From positions 1 to 26,369 of the IMG/VR virus record IMGVR_UViG_3300012352_000229: DNA of 26,369 nt; one strand, given 5' to 3'. A model generated the notes under the pieces. That model was not told the origin of the DNA. It searched no databases and saw nothing but the letters and a program-made list of their open reading frames with translations. Both the position numbers and the translations under genes were made by a program. Below are positions 17,286 through 24,135 of this stretch, one piece after another; positions within the stretch are counted from its first letter, which is position 1; every line of letters starts with the position of its first letter. Source of the stretch: a virus. Its lineage: Duplodnaviria; Caudoviricetes.

Positions 17286-17881
17286 TTACTGCTGAACAAC
17301 TCAAACAGCTGAACATTTCTGAAGACTGGCTGGAGCCTTTGAACGAGGCTTTCCAACGCTATGAGATCAACACCCCATTGCGGATGGCTGCTTTCATTGG
17401 TCAATGTGCCCATGAGTCTGGCAACTTTAAGACCCTGCAAGAGAACCTGAACTACTCTGCTGAAGGTTTGTGCCGTGTTTGGCCTTCACGCTTTCCCACA
17501 TTGGAATCTGCACAGCCTTACCACCGCAATCCTGACAAGATTGCTGACAAGGTTTATGGTGGCCGTATGGGTAACGGTACTGAAGAAACAGGAGAGGGCA
17601 GCTTGTACAAGGGCAGAGGTCTTATCCAATTGACAGGCAAAGACAACTACACCTTGTGTGGTGATGCTCTTAACGTGGACTTTATCCATTCACCTGACTT
17701 GATCCTGGCTCCAAAGTATGCTGCTTTAAGTGCTGCTTGGTATTGGAACAAGCGTGGTCTTAACAAAGAGGCCGATGCAAAAGACTACACCGCCATGACC
17801 AAAAAGATCAATGGCGGCGTAATTGGTTTAGATGACCGTATCAAGCACATCAAGCACGCCTTGGACGTTCTAGAAGGCTGA
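17282..17881 (+). CDS. Endolysin, glycoside hydrolase family 19
   Basis: AAFIGQCAHESG, ENLNYS, YKGRGLIQLTGKDNY, AAWYW, TKKINGG..GL.DR. Confidence 0.92.
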   Translation: MITAEQLKQLNISEDWLEPLNEAFQRYEINTPLRMAAFIGQCAHESGNFKTLQENLNYSAEGLCRVWPSRFPTLESAQPYHRNPDKIADKVYGGRMGNGTEETGEGSLYKGRGLIQLTGKDNYTLCGDALNVDFIHSPDLILAPKYAALSAAWYWNKRGLNKEADAKDYTAMTKKINGGVIGLDDRIKHIKHALDVLEG

Positions 17882-18047
17882 TAGGCATATAACAGCAAGC
17901 TTCTGAAGCACTTGTTTCAACCAGAACCACTGGTGTTCTGTATGTCACTTGTTGCTTTGGATGGTTGATGTACCTTTTGCAGTTGTGGCAGTAGTGATCT
18001 GGGTATTCTGGATCACACCTTGCAACATCAAACAGTAGGGGCATCAT
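17850..18047 (-). CDS. Small Cys-rich hypothetical protein
   Basis: MMPLLFDVARC...CHNCKRY. AAGG RBS before the ATG at 18047/18044. Confidence 0.6.
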   Translation of the reverse strand: MMPLLFDVARCDPEYPDHYCHNCKRYINHPKQQVTYRTPVVLVETSASEACCYMPISLLERPRRA

Positions 18048-18057
18048 CCTTAATTCC

Positions 18058-18543
18058 TTACGCAATAAATTCATAAAAGTTTTCTTTGGTAAAACCTTTT
18101 TTTCTGCCGTACTTGATGTGAAAATCAAGATGACATCTAAAGCACAAAACAACTCCATTTTCAATATTTAGCATTTCTTCTGGATATTCTTGAACGCCCA
18201 TCAAATGATGCGCTTGCAACTGTTCTGTTGTGTTGCATTTTTGGCAACTGCAATCACGCTCCAAAACAGCTTTTCTCCAATGTCGGCGCATAGCAAATGA
18301 AACTGCTTTTGCTTTTAATACGCTGGTATCCGTAACCGTTCTTGGATTTTCCAAGCCACATAAATGTTTTTTGCATCCACATGACTTGGAATTTTTGCTT
18401 CTTAGATTTAACAAAGTTATTGATTTTTTGTTGCCACAGTCACATTGGCATAACCATGTGGTTTTACCTGTAGAGTCCTTTCCATCACTGTAAAGGGCTG
18501 TAAGCAATCCAAATCTTTGACCAGTCAAATCAATCTTTTTCAC
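18058..18543 (-). CDS. HNH endonuclease with N-terminal 'DLTGQRFG...WLCQCDCG...SCGC' domain
   Basis: Likely GTG start at 18543, overlapping the DUF3310 gene end. CQKC...AHH...NGVVLCFRCHLDFH. AT-rich. Confidence 0.85.
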   Translation of the reverse strand: MKKIDLTGQRFGLLTALYSDGKDSTGKTTWLCQCDCGNKKSITLLNLRSKNSKSCGCKKHLCGLENPRTVTDTSVLKAKAVSFAMRRHWRKAVLERDCSCQKCNTTEQLQAHHLMGVQEYPEEMLNIENGVVLCFRCHLDFHIKYGRKKGFTKENFYEFIA

Positions 18544-18832
18544 TGTATTCAAGCTCCAATAACAGTTGACAGTAATGAATGGCTTTCCGAATGTCTTCGG
18601 CTCCATTCTTTTCCTTGTATCGTGTTATGTATTTTACAACATTTCCGGCACAAAACCCCAGATTGTTGGCTAGGATGTAGACAACAGGCTGAATGGTTTT
18701 GTCCTTGTAGTGATTGCCTGAGATTTGTTTTTCAAGGGCTGATGTTTTGCTGGTGGCAGACACATAGACCACTGTTGAGCAACCGTGTTGCAAACAAGCT
18801 ACTGGTGTTGGACAGGTATCACAAAGCATCAC
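18530..18832 (-). CDS. DUF3310 (SaV / T7 gp1.7-like) protein
   Basis: QISGNHYK...GFCAGNVVKYITRYKEKNGAEDIRKAIHY. Confidence 0.85.
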   Translation of the reverse strand: MMLCDTCPTPVACLQHGCSTVVYVSATSKTSALEKQISGNHYKDKTIQPVVYILANNLGFCAGNVVKYITRYKEKNGAEDIRKAIHYCQLLLELEYSEKD

Positions 18833-19134
18833 GACTCCTTTTGGAAGATCCCGTTAGGCAGCAAAGTCCCTTTGCGGTCCTTAATCTGCTCATAGGCATG
18901 CTCAAAACAGCTTACAAGGTTCAAATCAGCAGTGGCACAACCCATCACAAGGGTAACAAGAATATCGCCGTATGCGTCGATCATTGCATTCCTGTCCTTG
19001 GATGAAATGGCCTCCAACAACTCTCCAACTTCTTCAAGTGTTTTGATTGCTTGAGCCAGTGGAGTGCTGTTTTGCACGATTTGACGAGCTTCACCCCATT
19101 GGATGACTTGCATTTCAATTTGTGCGTAGCTCAT
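18829..19134 (-). CDS. MazG-like nucleotide pyrophosphohydrolase
   Basis: QWGEARQI...KTLEEVGEL...DAYGDILVTL...AYEQIKDRKG. AGGAG RBS before the ATG at 19134. Confidence 0.85.
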   Translation of the reverse strand: MSYAQIEMQVIQWGEARQIVQNSTPLAQAIKTLEEVGELLEAISSKDRNAMIDAYGDILVTLVMGCATADLNLVSCFEHAYEQIKDRKGTLLPNGIFQKES

Positions 19135-19136
19135 GA

Positions 19137-19358
19137 TTACTCCTTGTTGATCAACCAAACACGCAGACCTGTTTTTTCTTTTCGGGTGGAGATGACTTTG
19201 CCAGGATAGTTTTTCTTCATGCCGTTGATCTGGGCACGAATGTATCCAATCTTTTTTTCATCAGTAACAGGAATCAAGAAAGAATCACCAGATTGCATTT
19301 GGTCAAATGGATACGATTGTTTGGATGCCAGGGGGATGTTTTTTTCAATTGCGAACAT
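19137..19358 (-). CDS. Small hypothetical protein, possibly DNA-binding
   Basis: IEKNIP...YPFDQMQSGDSF...GLRVW is a recurring phage small-protein pattern. AAGGA RBS. Confidence 0.65.
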   Translation of the reverse strand: MFAIEKNIPLASKQSYPFDQMQSGDSFLIPVTDEKKIGYIRAQINGMKKNYPGKVISTRKEKTGLRVWLINKE

Positions 19359-19367
19359 GATGTTTCC

Positions 19368-19517
19368 TTATCTAAACCAGAGATAAAAGCCGTGAAGAAT
19401 CCCAATAGGGAAGAGAAGAGCACCTGCTATTAGAAAGCCCCAAAGGCCTTCTGAAAAACAAGTAAAGATGTGGGTGAACCATGCAATGGTGCATGTCAAT
19501 ACAAATATTAGTCCCAT
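19368..19517 (-). CDS. 49-aa membrane protein (not in ORF track)
   Basis: MGLIFVLTCTIAWFTHIFTCFSEGLWGFLIAGALLFPIGILHGFYLWFR*. AAGGA RBS; fills the gap between genes. Confidence 0.7.
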   Translation of the reverse strand: MGLIFVLTCTIAWFTHIFTCFSEGLWGFLIAGALLFPIGILHGFYLWFR

Positions 19518-19533
19518 ACATTTCCTTAGAGGT

Positions 19534-19602
19534 GGGGCCTACTCGCTGCGTCTGGTGCGCTCCATCGGGAATCCCCAACAGCCAGCATCCGCTTTCAGCC
19601 CC
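19534..19602 (-). ncRNA. Putative structured RNA element with a bulged-G (loop E)-like internal loop
   Basis: Minus strand reads GGGGCU-GAAA-GCG-GAUG-CUGG-[CUGUUGGG-GAUU-CCCGAUGG]-AGCGCA-CCAG-A-CGC-AGCGAGUA-GGCCCC. Nested stems with G-U pairs valid only on the minus strand. GC-rich and intergenic. Confidence 0.6.
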
Positions 19603-19608
19603 GTTAAC

Positions 19609-19737
19609 TCAATAGCAGCCGCACTGCATCTTGCCGTTCAGTGTTGGGTGACACTGATAGCGTGTGCCTGTAGGGCAAGCAGCGAAAGCAGAGATGGCAG
19701 CAGAGGCCAGAACGATTGCAACAATTGCTTTTTTCAT
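19609..19737 (-). CDS. 42-aa exported Cys-rich peptide (not in ORF track)
   Basis: MKKAIVAIVLASAAISAFA-ACPTGTRYQCHPTLNGKMQCGCY*. Classical signal peptide; AAGGA RBS. Confidence 0.75.
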   Translation of the reverse strand: MKKAIVAIVLASAAISAFAACPTGTRYQCHPTLNGKMQCGCY

Positions 19738-19754
19738 TTCATTTCCTTGGTTGG

Positions 19755-20009
19755 TCAAAAAGGTACGTCATCATCAAAAACTTCAGCCTTTGCCTTACGG
19801 GTGGGCTCAGAACTTTGGCGGGGTGTCTCTTGTTTTGGTCGAACAGACAAAGAGAAGAACTTGCCGCTCTTTCCTTCTTTGATCCAGCCACTTAGCCAAT
19901 AGTCAGTGCCATTGACGTTGATTGATCCTGCATACTCAGGATGGGTTTCTTGGGTTTTCCTTTCATTCTTGAAAAGAGCGCCACGATTGGTGTTATCAAA
20001 TTCAGCCAT
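19755..20009 (-). CDS. Phage single-stranded DNA-binding-like protein
   Basis: NRGALFKN...HPEYAGSINVNG..YWLSGW, with an acidic SSB-type tail DDDVPF. Adjacent to the recombinase. Confidence 0.75.
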   Translation of the reverse strand: MAEFDNTNRGALFKNERKTQETHPEYAGSINVNGTDYWLSGWIKEGKSGKFFSLSVRPKQETPRQSSEPTRKAKAEVFDDDVPF

Positions 20010-20019
20010 TTATTACCTT

Positions 20020-20691
20020 TCAGAGTTTGGCTTTTTTAAGTGCAGAACGCACAGTAGATGACATTTGGTTAGCCAACCAGACACGCTGATCAGCATCCAA
20101 TGCCTGTTCATCAATCATCGCAAGGGCTTCTTTAGCCTTCCCCTGGCTGACCAATTCTTCAACACTTGCTGCCATCTCTAACAGGAAGTCTTTAATATCT
20201 TGCGAGAGATCATCACCAATGCCACCACGAGGGGTTACAACAGCACCTGGACCCTTCTTTGGTACATCACCCTCTTCAGGCAGATCTTCACCAGCATAGA
20301 TGTACAGACCCAAACCATGCAATGACAAAGCTTTGGTCATGCAACGCATGATGGCAGTGTTGACAGCAAAAGAATCGCATTCAACCCTGTATTCTTTTCC
20401 GTATTTGTTTGTTGCTGTGTATCCTTTTAATGGAATTGATTTGTTAGCACCATCCATTACAGGAAGTTGGCAAGTCATGGGTTTGTTAAACAAAGTAACA
20501 GTAACCCAAACCATTGCAGTCCCATTGATCTCCATGTAGCACTTGTCGCCAAACATTTCAACCTTGTAAGAAGCCGCAGGATCGGCCTTTAAAGCCTCTG
20601 CCCAAGCCCAGGCCCATGAGAGGTACGTCAGGTTGTTTTTCTTTTCTGTATGACCGTTTACGTTGGTCTGAAGCAGCTTTTCAATAGACAT
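20020..20691 (-). CDS. Sak3/DUF1071-like single-strand annealing protein
   Basis: EKKNNLTYLSWAWAW...LPVMD...NTAIMRCMTKALSLHGLGLYIYAGEDLP. Confidence 0.85.
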   Translation of the reverse strand: MSIEKLLQTNVNGHTEKKNNLTYLSWAWAWAEALKADPAASYKVEMFGDKCYMEINGTAMVWVTVTLFNKPMTCQLPVMDGANKSIPLKGYTATNKYGKEYRVECDSFAVNTAIMRCMTKALSLHGLGLYIYAGEDLPEEGDVPKKGPGAVVTPRGGIGDDLSQDIKDFLLEMAASVEELVSQGKAKEALAMIDEQALDADQRVWLANQMSSTVRSALKKAKL

Positions 20692-20694
20692 GCA

Positions 20695-20883
20695 TTACCC
20701 CTTGAATGAAGAGTCGTATTCATCTTGAATGATCTCTTTTTGAGTATCGTCATCAAGATCTTCAAAGTAGATGAAGTGGTTTTCACCACAGCATGAGCGT
20801 TTGTCGTTGCGTGGCTCAATGCAATAGGGGCAGTACTCAACGCCCTTGAGGTCTTCTTTTGCTTGTTCCAGAAAGTCTTTCAT
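20695..20883 (-). CDS. Small Cys-containing hypothetical protein
   Basis: YCPYC...SCCGENHF. GAGGA RBS. Confidence 0.6.
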   Translation of the reverse strand: MKDFLEQAKEDLKGVEYCPYCIEPRNDKRSCCGENHFIYFEDLDDDTQKEIIQDEYDSSFKG

Positions 20884-20890
20884 ATGTTCC

Positions 20891-21208
20891 TCACTTGTTA
20901 TTCAATACAAAGATGCGTGCTGTTGTCTTTGTGTAATACATCTGGCCTTTGATGTTCCAAGGCTTGTTGTTTCGCTTTACAAAGCTGCGTAAAGCTTGTG
21001 CAACTTTATCGCAATCTTCTGATTTGCAAGACAGGGATTTCCCTATGTCTAATTCTTTAAAGATTGCATCGTATTTGTAGAACCTAGAGACCCGTTTTTT
21101 GGGTTGGTCAGTGGTGATACGCAATGTCTTGACATCCACTTCTTTGCCTTTTTTTGTTGACTTGAATGGGTTTTTGCCAACAAATTGTGTTTTGATTACG
21201 TTGCTCAT
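20891..21208 (-). CDS. Basic hypothetical protein
   Basis: The start MSNVIKTQF overlaps the stop of the upstream ORF (ATGA). Lys-rich. Confidence 0.6.
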   Translation of the reverse strand: MSNVIKTQFVGKNPFKSTKKGKEVDVKTLRITTDQPKKRVSRFYKYDAIFKELDIGKSLSCKSEDCDKVAQALRSFVKRNNKPWNIKGQMYYTKTTARIFVLNNK

Positions 21209-21357
21209 ATTTTGCTCACTGGGTTGGAAAGAAGCCACTTGTTGCCAAGGAATCGGATTGACCTGACCCATTGCTTGCAGTTGTGACGTTGAACATGGGC
21301 AGGAACACCCTCAATACAGAACAGTCGGCGGACTGTTTTCAATGCTTGAACATTCAT
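21205..21357 (-). CDS. 50-aa first gene of the leftward operon (not in ORF track)
   Basis: MNVQALKTVRRLFCIEGVPAHVQRHNCKQWVRSIRFLGNKWLLSNPVSKI*. Strong AAAGGAG RBS. Confidence 0.75.
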   Translation of the reverse strand: MNVQALKTVRRLFCIEGVPAHVQRHNCKQWVRSIRFLGNKWLLSNPVSKI

Positions 21358-21388
21358 TTAAATCTCCTTTTGTTAAAGCAGGATGGTG

Positions 21389-21461
21389 AATGTATCAAAC
21401 TTTTTATGTTTTCTATCTAGGTGTTTACCCTGTGTTGTAAATTGTTTTTTTAGGTTAGGCT
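21389..21461. promoter_or_regulatory. Divergent promoter pair around a central 15-bp site
   Basis: Minus-strand -10 TACATT (21389-21394), site TAGGTGTTTACCCTG (21418-21432), plus-strand -10 TAGGCT (21456-21461). Both spacers are 23 nt. Confidence 0.6.
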
Positions 21462-21467
21462 CACAGC

Positions 21468-21662
21468 ATGAGCTACCCAAACATCATTGAACATGAATTG
21501 GCCTATGAACTTATTGTTCAGGCCACTGATCGTCTGGAGCCCTTGTTGGGCACAGATGACTTAGAAGCTGGTATTGTTGCTTCCCTGGCAGCAGCACTAG
21601 AGATTGCAAGCAAACGTCAACTGAAGGAGCTACATGAAATCTATCAACAAAAGTCCATTTGA
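21468..21662 (+). CDS. Hypothetical protein, probably leaderless
   Basis: 64 aa. The ATG is 6 nt after a -10-like hexamer and has no Shine-Dalgarno. Confidence 0.55.
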   Translation: MSYPNIIEHELAYELIVQATDRLEPLLGTDDLEAGIVASLAAALEIASKRQLKELHEIYQQKSI

Positions 21663-21786
21663 TTGGAAAGCAAAGCCATCAACATTGTTTACGCCATCAG
21701 AGAAGGCCACCATGAGGATGTTTGCTGTAACACGCAGCACAGACCGTAAGCAAATCCACGTTTATTCAAAGGCAGGTACAAAATGA
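21634..21786 (+). CDS. 50-aa hypothetical protein (not in ORF track)
   Basis: AAGGAG RBS. MKSINKSPFDWKAKPSTLF... Confidence 0.6.
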   Translation: MKSINKSPFDWKAKPSTLFTPSEKATMRMFAVTRSTDRKQIHVYSKAGTK

Positions 21787-21944
21787 TCTTCAATGCAGCA
21801 GCAGAGTTCCCTAAGGCTGGTTTGACACCAGATGAGAACGGTGAGTACAAGATGGGCATGTCAGAAATGGCAAGGTTCAATGCTTACCAGGAGCAAAAAC
21901 AGCTTGATCAAGAATTTGACCGATGGATGGCAGACGATGAGTAA
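21783..21944 (+). CDS. 53-aa acidic hypothetical protein (not in ORF track)
   Basis: ATGA overlap. MIFNAAAEFP...QEFDRWMADDE*. Confidence 0.55.
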   Translation: MIFNAAAEFPKAGLTPDENGEYKMGMSEMARFNAYQEQKQLDQEFDRWMADDE

Positions 21945-22041
21945 AGGCAGCTCTCCCCGTCCTATTCCTGACCCACAGAAGTTCAGGGACAATTGGGATC
22001 AGATCTTTGGCAAAAAGAAGGCTGAAGAGCCCAAGAAGTGA
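21937..22041 (+). CDS. 34-aa conserved phage peptide
   Basis: MSKGSSPRP...FRDNWDQIFGKK, a pattern that recurs in phage genomes. Confidence 0.65.
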   Translation: MSKGSSPRPIPDPQKFRDNWDQIFGKKKAEEPKK

Positions 22042-22146
22042 TATAGTAATTTGAAACCCCGGATAGGTCGGACTAATTACCCGACTAACAAGTGTTGACC
22101 CCCACTTCCGGTGCGTTTCTTTTAGGGGTTCAACTTGGGGCTCAAA
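22039..22146 (+). promoter_or_regulatory. Extended -10 promoter and structured 5' leader of the replication gene
   Basis: TGnTATAGT at 22039-22047. Multi-stem element at 22053-22119. Loop TTGACCCC is complementary to GGGGTTCAA and GGGGCTCAA downstream. Confidence 0.6.
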
Positions 22147-22875
22147 ATGCACTACTACCAATTTCACATTGGTGACTACGCTAGTCACACTCGTCATCTA
22201 TCTTTGATTGAAGATCTTGCCTATCGCAGACTTCTAGACTTCTATTACCTCCATGAGCAGCCTATTAAGCAGCGAGATATTGCTCGTCAAATAGGCATGA
22301 GAGATCAAGAGCAAGACGTTCTTACAGTCCTTAACGAGTTCTTTGTCTCCACCGAGGCTGGCTTTGTTTCTCCAAGAGCAGACAAGGAAATACAACATTT
22401 TCATTCAAAAGTTGAACAGGCGTCCAAGGCTGGTAAAGCATCCGCTGAACGCAGGTCCAACACCCGTTCAACGGACGTTCAACCAACCATAAACCATAAA
22501 CCAATAACCAGTAACCAAGAACCAAAGAAGAAAGCAACTAGCGTTGCTGCGCCTGAAGGCGTGTCTCCAGAAATCTGGGATTCTTTTGTCCAACATAGAA
22601 AAACTAAGAAGGCTCCAATTACCGAACTGGTTATGTCGGGAATTGCCGAGCAAGCAACTTTGGCTGGCTGGACTTTGGAAAACGCATTGAAAGAAACTTG
22701 CGTGCGTGGTTGGTCATCTTTTAAGGCTGAGTGGGTTGCAAAAAAACAAGGGTTTGTCAAACCACAATCTGCTGCCGAACGAGCAACAAACATTGCCCTT
22801 GGTCGACCAGCAGACTACCGAATCCCCACCCCTGAAGAACAGGCTGAACGAGCCAAACGGATTGCAATGCGATGA
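22147..22875 (+). CDS. Replication initiator, DUF1376 (YdaU-like)
   Basis: MHYYQFHIGDYASHTRHLSLIEDLAYRRLLDFYY; C-terminal W..F..HRK.KKAP.T...GW..FKAEW. Confidence 0.88.
   Translation: MHYYQFHIGDYASHTRHLSLIEDLAYRRLLDFYYLHEQPIKQRDIARQIGMRDQEQDVLTVLNEFFVSTEAGFVSPRADKEIQHFHSKVEQASKAGKASAERRSNTRSTDVQPTINHKPITSNQEPKKKATSVAAPEGVSPEIWDSFVQHRKTKKAPITELVMSGIAEQATLAGWTLENALKETCVRGWSSFKAEWVAKKQGFVKPQSAAERATNIALGRPADYRIPTPEEQAERAKRIAMR
22414..22527 (+). repeat. Putative replication origin: phased 11-bp iterons plus AACCA 7-mer array
   Basis: GAACAGGCGTC (22414), GAACGCAGGTC (22447), CAACACCCGTT (22458) and CAACGGACGTT (22469), followed by ATAAACC ATAAACC AATAACC AGTAACC AAGAACC. Confidence 0.6.
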
Positions 22876-23147
22876 AAGGCTCTCAAGAGATCATCAACGC
22901 CAGGATGAACCAGAGATCTCCTGCTGCCATCTACATCATTGACCATCCAGACACATCACCAATGGAGTTCGGTGAAGTCAATGTCTACCAACTACCGCTC
23001 GACAAAATGGACTTCCGCTTTGTTGTCGGACTCCTTGTTGGCATCACATCTGTAACTGAAGAACGCTGTAAAGCAATTGCTGATCTATGTAAAAAGTGTG
23101 GAGCTAGGGCAATTACCTATGGTGTTGAATACAAATATTATGGATGA
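22872..23147 (+). CDS. Hypothetical protein between initiator and helicase
   Basis: ATGA overlap; 91 aa. Confidence 0.6.
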   Translation: MKGSQEIINARMNQRSPAAIYIIDHPDTSPMEFGEVNVYQLPLDKMDFRFVVGLLVGITSVTEERCKAIADLCKKCGARAITYGVEYKYYG

Positions 23148-23154
23148 TTGAAAA

Positions 23155-24135
23155 ATGCAAATAATTAAAGATACCATCGATTTTGCTCTTTACATGAAAG
23201 AGACAGATGCTCAGGCCAAGGTCAAGAGCGCATTCATTTACTCAGAAGTTCTGAAGGAAAAACTCAGGCACAAGAAGACAGTCAACCCGATTGTTTTGCC
23301 CTGGTATGGACAGAAGGACAACTTTGAGTTCCGCAAGGGTGAAGTTACCCTGTGGGCAGGACAGAACAGTTCTGGTAAATCCTTGGTTACCTCCCAGATT
23401 GCTTTGTCCTTGATGGGCCAAGATCAGAAGGTGGCTATTGCGTCTTTTGAGATGAAGCCTGTAACGACCCTACAGCGAATGGCAAGGATGTGGATAGGGA
23501 TGAACCCTATGTCTCCTGAATTTCAGTCTGATGAGGGTTTTAAGCAGATTGATGACCTGTTTGACCAGTTCAGCTACTGGACCGACAACAAGCTTTGGCT
23601 ATATGACCAGATGGGAGCTGTATCTCAAGACCTGATCATTGGGATGTGCAGGTACTGTGCAAAGGAGCTTGGCATTGGTCACATCTTCATTGACAACTTG
23701 GCTACCTGTGTCATGGGTGAAGACGATATGTCTGGTCAAAAGAACTTTGTTTCCGAGTTGATCAACATTGCTCGTGATTACAACATTCATGTCCACCTGA
23801 TTCACCACTTGCGTAAACCACCAAATGAATATGCTTTGCCCAACAAGTACGACACCAAGGGTAGTGGTGCGATTGTTGACCTGGTAGACAACGTTTGGAT
23901 GGTTTGGCGCAACAAGGAAAAAGAAGATGAAGTCAAAGACATTGGACGAGCATCAGCAAAGTTCAACGACTCAGACCAGCTACTGCTATGCAGGAAGCAG
24001 CGCAACTATGAAGGTTCGGGTAACGGTGAACCAACCATCAAGCTATGGTTTTTACCAGATGCCCGGCAATATGTTGAAAGAGCTGGTGAAGAGCCAATGT
24101 GGTTTTGCAACTTCCCTCATGTCAGATCAGGGTAA
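23155..24135 (+). CDS. DnaB/T7 gp4-like SF4 replicative helicase (no primase domain)
   Basis: Walker A GQNSSGKS, SFEM, HIFIDNL (Walker B), HVHLIHHLRK, KGSGAIVDLVDN, KQR. Confidence 0.88.
   Translation: MQIIKDTIDFALYMKETDAQAKVKSAFIYSEVLKEKLRHKKTVNPIVLPWYGQKDNFEFRKGEVTLWAGQNSSGKSLVTSQIALSLMGQDQKVAIASFEMKPVTTLQRMARMWIGMNPMSPEFQSDEGFKQIDDLFDQFSYWTDNKLWLYDQMGAVSQDLIIGMCRYCAKELGIGHIFIDNLATCVMGEDDMSGQKNFVSELINIARDYNIHVHLIHHLRKPPNEYALPNKYDTKGSGAIVDLVDNVWMVWRNKEKEDEVKDIGRASAKFNDSDQLLLCRKQRNYEGSGNGEPTIKLWFLPDARQYVERAGEEPMWFCNFPHVRSG

Noticed and set aside
19534-19602. Possible tRNA, hammerhead ribozyme or intrinsic terminator
   Set aside because: No cloverleaf or TTC loop, no CUGANGA core and no U-tract.
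19372-19902. Track ORFs 19372..19578(-), 19468..19902(+) and 19664..19882(+)
   Set aside because: The region is better explained by two short minus-strand genes with good RBSs and the structured spacer.
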